64,000 nt of DNA from a virus (taxonomy: Duplodnaviria; Caudoviricetes): IMG/VR virus record IMGVR_UViG_3300026274_000001. One strand, 5' to 3'. Position 1 is the first letter of the stretch. Every line of letters begins with the position of its first letter. Shown one piece after another: positions 37,353-45,048 of this stretch. The position numbers were made by a program, and so were the translations under genes. The notes under the pieces were generated by a model. The model was not told where the DNA came from. It saw only the letters and a program-made list of their open reading frames with translations, and made no database searches.

Positions 37353-37684
37353 TGTTCAAATTCAACATTACGAGCAAGGAGACAAACTACGGTGAATTAT
37401 CGTCGTGGTTTGCCGCCAGAGACGCCAAATATGAATTTGCTTTTATTGATGTCAATGATTGGATGCATCATAAAAGCTATCAGCTTTATGATATTGCCAT
37501 TTATGATGAGCATGTGGCAGTTGAATTTAGGCTCACGTTTGGTGCTAATGTGGGCGAATCTCACAGACATCGAGCACTTGATTTGGAAGCCGAAATGACT
37601 GCTGCACTTTCAGTTGACCTTGCTAACGCAATTGATGAAGAAATTTATCAAGAATTACTGGCTGCTTGTGCAAAGAAACAGTAA
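37352..37684 (+). CDS. FKLxW-family protein with C-terminal capsid-like helix
   Basis: DEHVAVEFRLTF followed by LDLEAEMTAALSVDLANAIDEEIYQEL. Confidence 0.8.
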   Translation: MFKFNITSKETNYGELSSWFAARDAKYEFAFIDVNDWMHHKSYQLYDIAIYDEHVAVEFRLTFGANVGESHRHRALDLEAEMTAALSVDLANAIDEEIYQELLAACAKKQ

Positions 37685-37929
37685 TGGCTGAATTTTTTAT
37701 TGCCAAAGCCAATTACGACAATACCGCCATTGTTACTTGGTTGGAAGAGCAAGGATGTTCCCACTATGCTCTATTGTTGGAAGCGACCTGGGCAACGGAG
37801 AGTACAGTTTACGGCTTTAATTCATACAGCTTGAGATCGGGGGTGGTGGTCGGTATTTACGACCCCACGATAGCGATGATGTTCAAGCTGAGATTTGATG
37901 CCAAAGAAAGAGCATCATTAAACAATTAA
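37684..37929 (+). CDS. FKLxW-family protein
   Basis: TWLEEQG...DPTIAMMFKLRF. Confidence 0.8.
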   Translation: MAEFFIAKANYDNTAIVTWLEEQGCSHYALLLEATWATESTVYGFNSYSLRSGVVVGIYDPTIAMMFKLRFDAKERASLNN

Positions 37930-38207
37930 TGTGGCCAACACATATGATTTCTTTCTACTCCATCCCAGGTAGTAGATATGACGAATTTGGTATGTTTGCT
38001 TGGTTAAATGCAAACTGCGATAAGAAAGATTGGCAATGTTATGGCATGCAATTGCTTGGCATCTATCCGCAAGCTAGTGTGAACATACCCATTCATGCTT
38101 GGACTTTACACGATGACGATGTGGCATTGATGTTCAAGATCGTATTCAGTGCACTTCTGCATACCACACCTGAATCCATTCACGATGCATATGTGAATCA
38201 TTACTGA
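37929..38207 (+). CDS. FKLxW-family protein
   Basis: AWLNANC...DDDVALMFKIVF. Confidence 0.8.
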   Translation: MWPTHMISFYSIPGSRYDEFGMFAWLNANCDKKDWQCYGMQLLGIYPQASVNIPIHAWTLHDDDVALMFKIVFSALLHTTPESIHDAYVNHY

Positions 38208-38208
38208 T

Positions 38209-38487
38209 ATGAATAAATTTTACTGTATGGCGCGTGGCCAATCTCAAGTACTTGAGGACTGGTTGATTGACAATGGCACTGGTTATGATTGGAGTATTCA
38301 TCAAACTATGATATCGAATATTGTTGATGATTCTGACATTCCAAACAACTTTGCGAATGTGTATATGATAGCCGACGATCAATTTGCTATGATGTTCAAG
38401 ATCATGTTTGCTGATGTAGTGTATGACACTCCTAAAGCATTTGGTGACTTCATTGTGCAAAAACGGCTATTAATGAATATTGTATGA
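38209..38487 (+). CDS. FKLxW-family protein
   Basis: DWLIDNG...DDQFAMMFKIMF. Confidence 0.8.
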   Translation: MNKFYCMARGQSQVLEDWLIDNGTGYDWSIHQTMISNIVDDSDIPNNFANVYMIADDQFAMMFKIMFADVVYDTPKAFGDFIVQKRLLMNIV

Positions 38488-38729
38488 ACCGCGTAAACGT
38501 TTATACCCCTTTGACTGATGGTAAAGAACTTGCGATTGATCAATGGATGGCTGAGCGTCAATGTGTCAATTATATAATCACGTCCAAATTCGCTGGGTGG
38601 CATGGCTCGCGTACTGGAGTAATACTTGAATTATGGGTAGTAATGCCACCAGAACATGTGTTGGATTTCCTACTGACATTTGAATCTAGGTTGGCAACAC
38701 CAAAACGTCGTGATTTAGAAATTCTTTGA
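38484..38729 (+). CDS. FKLxW-family protein
   Basis: QWMAER...EHVLDFLLTF. Confidence 0.7.
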   Translation: MNRVNVYTPLTDGKELAIDQWMAERQCVNYIITSKFAGWHGSRTGVILELWVVMPPEHVLDFLLTFESRLATPKRRDLEIL

Positions 38730-38793
38730 CTATCAGTTAACAAATAGATTTTTGACCAATATCACTTATAATACGAACAACTAAGGAAAAGAA

Positions 38794-39057
38794 ATGGCAT
38801 TTATGTACAAAGGTGCACCAGGACAACAACAACATGTCAAACCTGGTGTTGAAATTCAAGCATTCGAATTGCACAAGCGCTACACTGAACTAGGGTGGCA
38901 AATCTTGGACAGTTCGTATTCAGCTGCTCGTCGAATCATGACTTTCTCGTTTGAAGGGAAAGAATTGGTACACATCACTGATGAAGACCAGAACAGTTTT
39001 ACCATGTTTACCTGGCCGGGTTGGTATCTCGTCGGCGCACCACACGCAACCAAGTAA
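38794..39057 (+). CDS. Hypothetical protein
   Basis: AAGGA RBS and own promoter-like site; no family motif. Confidence 0.65.
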   Translation: MAFMYKGAPGQQQHVKPGVEIQAFELHKRYTELGWQILDSSYSAARRIMTFSFEGKELVHITDEDQNSFTMFTWPGWYLVGAPHATK

Positions 39058-39061
39058 AGCT

Positions 39062-39328
39062 ATGGCTCCTTGGGAAGAAGGGCTGTATGTCATGCGACTG
39101 GATGCTGGTGAGACTCGCAACAGTAGGGCTCTGCATGCCTCTGTGGATCGGTGGTTTACTGATAATGAGGTGAATCAATGGTTTTTAACGGTAGTATCAA
39201 AACCCACTGATGCACCAAACTATTCACGCCATCGAGCATACGAATTGGAAGTATCAGTTTATTATGAAGAAGAAGCACTGAAATTTATGTTAGCCTTTGG
39301 TGCCAAATTACATAGGACGCCCCTGTGA
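39062..39328 (+). CDS. FKLxW-family protein
   Basis: RWFTDNEV...EEEALKFMLAF. Confidence 0.75.
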   Translation: MAPWEEGLYVMRLDAGETRNSRALHASVDRWFTDNEVNQWFLTVVSKPTDAPNYSRHRAYELEVSVYYEEEALKFMLAFGAKLHRTPL

Positions 39329-39585
39329 CCTCGTTCTTCACTCTCGATTTCAAGTTTGGTAAATTTGATAATGAATTTCAAGATAAGCTAACTGAGATTC
39401 GTGAATGGTTTGTAACCAGTAATATGCCCGAAACCATTTGGGGATATTCCACAGTACAGCATCCGGGTACTTTTTATATTCACTTACAAATTATAGTTGA
39501 TGCCGAACTTGCTGCTTTGCAGTTCAAGCTTGCTTGGGCTGATTATATATTACCAGATTTCATGAGAACTTCCAGTGATGCATAA
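39325..39585 (+). CDS. FKLxW-family protein
   Basis: EWFVTSN...ELAALQFKLAW. Confidence 0.85.
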   Translation: MTSFFTLDFKFGKFDNEFQDKLTEIREWFVTSNMPETIWGYSTVQHPGTFYIHLQIIVDAELAALQFKLAWADYILPDFMRTSSDA

Positions 39586-39808
39586 ATTCAGAATGCGACT
39601 TGATCCGGTCTATGATCAAGACTATGTTACTCGTAACGATCAAATCACCACTTGGTTTCGAGAGCGGAATGTGACTATTGATCAATGGCGTGGTGGAATG
39701 ATCGTTGATCCCAAGACATTCGCAGTAGTAATGACGGTCTTTATCAACGATGACTTACTGGCAATGCAATTCAAGCTTACTTGGTCTGAAGACCTAATTA
39801 CTGATTGA
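39575..39808 (+). CDS. FKLxW-family protein
   Basis: TWFRERN...DDLLAMQFKLTW. Confidence 0.85.
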   Translation: MMHKFRMRLDPVYDQDYVTRNDQITTWFRERNVTIDQWRGGMIVDPKTFAVVMTVFINDDLLAMQFKLTWSEDLITD

Positions 39809-40104
39809 TGCTACCTGCTGATATGACCGTGCTGTATTCACATAGGTTAATACGTCGACTTATGATAGTTGATTGGCTACTTGAACATGCTGATACAAAA
39901 TCGTGGGATTGGAACTCGGTCGCACTTATTGATGTCTATCCAGACAGTGTGCTCGAATCACGGATGATTTACGTTTGGTGTATTGACGACAATAATATTG
40001 CTATGCAAGTGAAACTTATCTTCAGCGACGAATTGTTCTCCCAACCAAAAAGTGTTCATGATCAACTAGTCAGTATCCGCAGAGCCGCTGGATTCCCTTG
40101 GTAA
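39805..40104 (+). CDS. FKLxW-family protein
   Basis: DWLLEHA...DNNIAMQVKLIF; paralog of 37929..38207. Confidence 0.8.
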   Translation: MMLPADMTVLYSHRLIRRLMIVDWLLEHADTKSWDWNSVALIDVYPDSVLESRMIYVWCIDDNNIAMQVKLIFSDELFSQPKSVHDQLVSIRRAAGFPW

Positions 40105-40108
40105 CATA

Positions 40109-40348
40109 ATGTCAAGTAAGTTCTATTTTGAACTAGAACACCAAGATTCTGGTTACCACGTAGTTACCGAAGTAAAAGATTGGATACTCGAACAGGTATG
40201 GGCTAAGTGGTATAGATGCGAACATCAATACAAATGCTATGATGGTTATTTGAGTTATTGGCAAAGCGTCGTATTATACGATGTAACACTGGCCGTACAT
40301 TTCAAATTGCGGTGGTCTGATAGCATAATTAAAGAATTTCATTCTTGA
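40109..40348 (+). CDS. FKLxW-family protein
   Basis: DWILEQV...DVTLAVHFKLRW. Confidence 0.85.
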   Translation: MSSKFYFELEHQDSGYHVVTEVKDWILEQVWAKWYRCEHQYKCYDGYLSYWQSVVLYDVTLAVHFKLRWSDSIIKEFHS

Positions 40349-40449
40349 GTAGCATTGATTCAAGAAATATCGAACATACGAGTCAACACATAGATTTTTG
40401 GTTGACATCGTTTACAATACAAAATCACTAACACATAGGAATACACAAA

Positions 40450-40968
40450 ATGGATCGCACACAACCAGTTCGTTTCTTCAAGGGTCTCGAAATTGAAGCA
40501 ACGAATCATTTTTTACAACCAACAATGATTGCACCTGGTCAATACGACTATGATGAATGCAAGCAAATGACACTTGATCATAAGTGTACCCACATCCTCA
40601 TCGGTTTTATGTACGACCCTGCTGGCAATCCACTCGATATGGATATTCCACGCGCATTCGAAACTGCAAACAAGCTTATGGCTGACGGTATCCGCGTTAC
40701 ACTGGAAATCCGCCCAGACCAACTGACTGACGAATTTGTGGCTGCTTGCCCAGATCCAGAAGGTGCATTTGGTAAGCTGTTCGTTATCCTTATTGGTACG
40801 CGCTTTCCAAACATGCCAAAGATTGGACCATACACAACACTGAAGCTCCACAGCGATTTCGACAACACAGAAAACGGTGGCGTTTGGTGTGTTAAGGCTG
40901 AAGAATTCAAGAAGGCTGGAATTTTTACTCCCTGGATTGCCTATCAAGAAGATATTCACCTAAAGTGA
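40450..40968 (+). CDS. Conserved phage hypothetical protein (family I recall next to TGT-like genes)
   Basis: VRFFKGLEIE...THILIG...DF.NT.N.GVWC...FTPWIAYQED. Confidence 0.7.
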   Translation: MDRTQPVRFFKGLEIEATNHFLQPTMIAPGQYDYDECKQMTLDHKCTHILIGFMYDPAGNPLDMDIPRAFETANKLMADGIRVTLEIRPDQLTDEFVAACPDPEGAFGKLFVILIGTRFPNMPKIGPYTTLKLHSDFDNTENGGVWCVKAEEFKKAGIFTPWIAYQEDIHLK

Positions 40969-40980
40969 AATTGACGATAT

Positions 40981-41014
40981 AATAAAGGGGAGCAATTGCT
41001 CCCCTTTTTCATTT
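40981..41014. repeat. Terminator hairpin, copy 1 of ~34-bp direct repeat
   Basis: AATAAAGGGGAGCAATTGCTCCCCTTTTTCATTT. Confidence 0.8.
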
Positions 41015-41293
41015 AAAAACAAACTTGATCATGCTGCACGATCCATCTTCATTGTTCAATTCATACTGATCAACAAAGCCCATAGCCTTCCAGAACAAAG
41101 TTGATTCTTGGCTCTTAGACCACAGCTCAACTCTTGTCACTGTATCAGGAAGCGATCCTTCCCATTCACGGTATTTTGCACTTCCGCGTCCTTTACGACG
41201 TTCTCCATGCACAACCAAGCGCAGTACTTTTGCGACATTGCCTTCGATTACAAAGGAGAACTCAATGCCGTCATCAGGAATAGGGGGAGTAAT
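41009..41293 (-). CDS. GNAT-family acetyltransferase, probable ATT start
   Basis: AKVLRLVVHGERRKGRGS (motif A), FWKAMGF; in-frame stop upstream, AAGGAG 9 nt before ATT. Confidence 0.65.
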   Translation of the reverse strand: MTPPIPDDGIEFSFVIEGNVAKVLRLVVHGERRKGRGSAKYREWEGSLPDTVTRVELWSKSQESTLFWKAMGFVDQYELNNEDGSCSMIKFVFK

Positions 41294-41322
41294 GAAGTCG
41301 TTCTCCTTGAATCAGTGATGCG

Positions 41323-41589
41323 TTAAGATTGATATTCTTTCGCTTTGCGACGAACAATTCCAGCCACCAGGTAATCGTCATCTTTCATATCATCAGGAAT
41401 ATCGATTACCAAATCGTACTCTTCGGTGTCATGGGGAATGCTCGTCCAGAATCCTAGCCAATCTTCAATTTCTCCGTCTTCTTCCTTTGTTAGTGACCCG
41501 GCACCATATCCGTCAGAGATTGATCGTGCACAGTCAATGATAGCATCATGCATCGATGCACCTTCACTCAACGTAATTGCAATTTTCAT
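41323..41589 (-). CDS. Hypothetical acidic protein
   Basis: 88 aa from MKIAITL. Confidence 0.65.
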   Translation of the reverse strand: MKIAITLSEGASMHDAIIDCARSISDGYGAGSLTKEEDGEIEDWLGFWTSIPHDTEEYDLVIDIPDDMKDDDYLVAGIVRRKAKEYQS

Positions 41590-41590
41590 T

Positions 41591-41845
41591 TTATTGATTG
41601 TGGGTGAGAACGATGAAGTCCGTGTAATCACCTGCATCGTACAGATCGTAATAGATGCAATGCGTGTGAATCTTTTCGGAAGTGATTTCGATGTTTTCCA
41701 GTGTAGCATCGGGCCACTTAATCTTTGCTAGAATCAACAACTCAGCAAGTGAATGACCATTACTTGAGTGAAGGTACATGACTGTTTCGGTATCATCAGG
41801 TGAGAAGTCGGTGATCTCAGTACCGGGTCGTTTCTTGTAGCCCAT
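41591..41845 (-). CDS. Hypothetical protein
   Basis: AGGAG RBS; TTGACC-17-CATACT promoter upstream; EKIHTHCIYYD. Confidence 0.7.
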   Translation of the reverse strand: MGYKKRPGTEITDFSPDDTETVMYLHSSNGHSLAELLILAKIKWPDATLENIEITSEKIHTHCIYYDLYDAGDYTDFIVLTHNQ

Positions 41846-41964
41846 GATGTTCTCCTGTTATTTGATGTATGTAGTATGTGTTCATTTGACTGTGAGGTCA
41901 AGTGTTGATGAATATATCAAACAAGTATATCATATGGCTACTGGTAAATTCAAACGGGGAAATA

Positions 41965-42717
41965 ATGGAAGACTTTGTTTCGATGCACAAGGATAATAAG
42001 ACCTATGGTCTTGACGGTATGGCATTCCAGGCGATGGATAGATTGCTTGATGAAGCGGTAAAAGCCCCTACCCCTCAGGAAGGTCGAGATGTTCTTAAGT
42101 ATATAGAAGACTGGAAAGTCCTAGATGCATTTACGGACAAGTATGGTACGCGAGAACGTATGCAAGCTGCCTTGGATGATTATCATATCTACTTGACCCC
42201 TGAAACGACCGATCAAATTGAGCGTTTGCAATTCCTCTGCGCGCACTATGGATTGACTGTTGAAGAAACGAAAGGCAACAGAAAAAAACGCGATCTGGTG
42301 ACTTGCGGTTACGACGATGTACCGTACAGCCTAGCTCTTTGGGATGGCCATGGTGGTATCAATCCTAGTAAGATTCGCCATAGCGTTCTACATTATCATC
42401 TCATGATCGAAAGACACCATACGCAAATCAAAGGCGTCTATGAGCACCTTGTGAAGAACCACGGCGACACCGTGGGTGATGTTTGGGTGATGTGCGGGGG
42501 TGGTGGTCAAATGCAAGCATTCTTTGGTAACCATACGGGGTACTTGGGTATCTTGTACTTGACCTTGGAAAATATGAAAGATCAAAAACGACTAACCGAA
42601 AACGGTTACTTGGCCGCTTGTGGCAACAAGCGCTTTACTCTGGTGGCAAATTGGGAAAAGAACAACCCGCTATTTGCTAACATGAAAGTAAAAGGTGTTA
42701 AGTTTCAAAAGAGCTGA
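41965..42717 (+). CDS. Hypothetical protein
   Basis: GGGGA RBS, 250 aa. Confidence 0.7.
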   Translation: MEDFVSMHKDNKTYGLDGMAFQAMDRLLDEAVKAPTPQEGRDVLKYIEDWKVLDAFTDKYGTRERMQAALDDYHIYLTPETTDQIERLQFLCAHYGLTVEETKGNRKKRDLVTCGYDDVPYSLALWDGHGGINPSKIRHSVLHYHLMIERHHTQIKGVYEHLVKNHGDTVGDVWVMCGGGGQMQAFFGNHTGYLGILYLTLENMKDQKRLTENGYLAACGNKRFTLVANWEKNNPLFANMKVKGVKFQKS

Positions 42718-42729
42718 TACCTTATATTG

Positions 42730-42765
42730 AATAAAAAGGGGAGCAGTTGCTCCCCTTTTTCATTT
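42730..42765. repeat. Terminator hairpin, copy 2 of ~34-bp direct repeat
   Basis: AATAAAAAGGGGAGCAGTTGCTCCCCTTTTTCATTT. Confidence 0.8.
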
Positions 42766-43422
42766 TGCTTTGGCTTGGAAGTAGATCCAATTCTTTTCAC
42801 CAGTAGACCATTCAAACTTTACACCAGGATATTGCTTGGAATAGTCATTAACTATACTCTGCAATTTGGCGCCGGACTCATCCGACAGTTCTTCCCAGTC
42901 ATAGTCCTCATAAGCTTCATCTGAAGGATCAGCATCGGCTGGAAGTTGCCATTTACCCCAGTTACGAATTTCAGCAGTCCATTCATTATTGCCTTGTTCT
43001 GGTCCACGGGCATCGTAACTTCCCCACATGTCCCGTGGTTTGATTGATGCCACATATCTAAGCAAATCACGCAATGCTTCTTGAACGTCAACTGCTCGAG
43101 GTGCTGGCTTAGGTGCGGCCTTTGGCAACACTACCGTTTTAGTGGACTTTTTCTTGAGACTCTTGATCATTTGATCATTTGTCATGACTCTAGAAAGCAG
43201 GAAGCTAGTCACATAATTGGAAGCAGTGTTCACTTCAGCATTGAGATCAAAACCAGGTTTGGTCGCTAGAAATGCCTTGATTGCCTGGTAATTGGCAACT
43301 CCACCCAATAGTGCAAGGGGTACTTCAAGTACCCCTGTGTAGCCCTGACCACGAAGGCGATCATTCAACCCGTTCTGGTAACTAGAATCACTTGCTTCGG
43401 TGACAAGTTCGTTGTATCTCAT
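42760..43422 (-). CDS. Putative internal head protein
   Basis: MRYNELVTEA N-terminus; GAGG RBS; TAAATA upstream. Confidence 0.6.
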   Translation of the reverse strand: MRYNELVTEASDSSYQNGLNDRLRGQGYTGVLEVPLALLGGVANYQAIKAFLATKPGFDLNAEVNTASNYVTSFLLSRVMTNDQMIKSLKKKSTKTVVLPKAAPKPAPRAVDVQEALRDLLRYVASIKPRDMWGSYDARGPEQGNNEWTAEIRNWGKWQLPADADPSDEAYEDYDWEELSDESGAKLQSIVNDYSKQYPGVKFEWSTGEKNWIYFQAKAK

Positions 43423-43531
43423 TTGGAAACCTCAAATAGTATATGTTTATTTAACAAATAAGAAGTGGCTTTTTATTTGGCTATAAGATTGCCAGTTGTG
43501 TTAGACTTAGTTTTTAATTGGAAACATTGGC

Positions 43532-43759
43532 ATGATTCATATCCGTTTTAATCAGATCAATTCACTTAGCAACAAAGATGAGGATACATTCATTATGCGT
43601 GGCAAGTGTGAATATGTACCTTCTATTGGTGAAGTTGTTAGTTTGAAAGGTGAGCCATATATCGTTCATGAGCGTTCATGGGCATTTGGTGATGAAGCAG
43701 AAGTTTTGAACCAGCACTGTTACATCAGAGTGCTACCGCGCCCCAGTACCCAACGATAG
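43532..43759 (+). CDS. Hypothetical protein (paralog of 48651..48875)
   Basis: VPSIGEVVSLKGEPYIVHERSW. Confidence 0.7.
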   Translation: MIHIRFNQINSLSNKDEDTFIMRGKCEYVPSIGEVVSLKGEPYIVHERSWAFGDEAEVLNQHCYIRVLPRPSTQR

Positions 43760-43777
43760 TATAACCAGAGCATAATA

Positions 43778-44083
43778 ATGGCACGAGTAAAAGCAGGTGA
43801 CTTGGCATATTTGGTCCGAGCAACCAACCCAGCAAATATCGGTAGAGTAGTTGAAGTACTATATCAAATTGATTTCATCTTGAGTGATGTGCCCGGTACT
43901 CATTGGAAAATTCGTTCAGCAGCACCAATGATGGGAACCCGTTCCTTTACTGGTTCTACAGTATATGCAATGGAATTTGATTGTCCTGAAAGCTGGTTAG
44001 TTCCAATCGCTGGTCCATCAATTGCTGAAATGATTGATGACGAAATTGATATCACGGATGTTCTACCCGCCGAAGTAGAGTAA
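43778..44083 (+). CDS. Phage hypothetical protein (SH3/KOW-like)
   Basis: VKAGDLAYLVR..NIGRVVEV..WLVPI. Confidence 0.7.
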   Translation: MARVKAGDLAYLVRATNPANIGRVVEVLYQIDFILSDVPGTHWKIRSAAPMMGTRSFTGSTVYAMEFDCPESWLVPIAGPSIAEMIDDEIDITDVLPAEVE

Positions 44084-44150
44084 GCCATTTGTTGATTGTG
44101 TTCATTATGAAAGCTATACTGAGTACCTCAATTATCAACAAGGATTAATT

Positions 44151-44543
44151 ATGATGAATATTCGTCAACGTTCAGTTAACGTAAAGCGTAGTGAATTGCT
44201 TACCGCATTGCGAGCAAATCTGGAGACACACAAGGAAGAATATAAGCAAGCGCTGATTGACTTCAAGCTGCGTCTGTTGGAAGACCTTCAAGCTGGTGTT
44301 GAAAAGGTGAATGCTTCTGAACCCAAGGATCTTGCAAAGTTCAATGTGCAAGTCATGTTCCCGCAGAACCATGAAAAGGACTTCATGGAAGTTATCGAGA
44401 TGCTTGATATGTCCGTTGATGACAACATCAATCTTGATGCGGAATCGTTCCGTGCGTACTTCAAGAATGAATGGTCATGGACCGTTGGCTTCCGGTCACT
44501 CACTGAAAGCTACAAGGCAGCTGGTTCATTCCTAAGTAACTAA
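44151..44543 (+). CDS. Conserved phage hypothetical protein
   Basis: VKRSELL..L..N..HK.EY; AAGGA RBS. Confidence 0.75.
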   Translation: MMNIRQRSVNVKRSELLTALRANLETHKEEYKQALIDFKLRLLEDLQAGVEKVNASEPKDLAKFNVQVMFPQNHEKDFMEVIEMLDMSVDDNINLDAESFRAYFKNEWSWTVGFRSLTESYKAAGSFLSN

Positions 44544-44548
44544 CCAAT

Positions 44549-44704
44549 ATGGCTACATTTTTAAATTGGTGGTTGGTTCCTTTCCACTGTGCATGTGTAG
44601 CCTTTGGCTTGATGATAGTATGTGGAATTGGTGCTATTATTCAAATGAATAAGATGGAAAAGAACTCCAAAGTGTTGCATAAGCTGCTCACTGAATCTAA
44701 GTAA
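44549..44704 (+). CDS. Small membrane protein, 51 aa
   Basis: Hydrophobic segment ACVAFGLMIVCGIGAII; terminator follows at 44709-44731. Confidence 0.45.
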   Translation: MATFLNWWLVPFHCACVAFGLMIVCGIGAIIQMNKMEKNSKVLHKLLTESK

Positions 44705-44803
44705 TTGAAAAAGCCACTTAGTGGCTTTTTCTACGTGTCACACAAACTGGCAATCTTCTGTTATACTGTGGATAGTAGCTAACTACCATAAAAAACTAAC
44801 CAC

Positions 44804-45046
44804 ATGTCAGACGACTATCTAAAAGCCCAACGCGAAAAGAGTCTTGCCGATTCTTCCAAAATTTCCGAAGCAGAACTGCATACCGATAATGATGGCATCA
44901 AGGATGGCTGGCAAGCTATTCAAGATATCCGTCGCAAGATTGCAACCGCAAAACAAGAAGCGATCAAGAAGGTCGATGCTGAATTCAAGGATGAATTGAA
45001 AGATGCTGAAGACAATTATGCTCTTCTTATAACGCTCACGAGATAA
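44804..45046 (+). CDS. Small helical protein, module copy 1 (paralog of 57236..57478)
   Basis: YLKA..EAEL..NDG.K..W..IQ.IR..NYALLI.L.R. Confidence 0.8.
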   Translation: MSDDYLKAQREKSLADSSKISEAELHTDNDGIKDGWQAIQDIRRKIATAKQEAIKKVDAEFKDELKDAEDNYALLITLTR

Positions 45047-45048
45047 TT

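Noticed and set aside
1-40348. Diversity-generating retroelement as source of FKLxW variation
   Set aside because: No reverse transcriptase in the window and no near-identical TR/VR pair differing at adenines; paralogs are deeply diverged throughout
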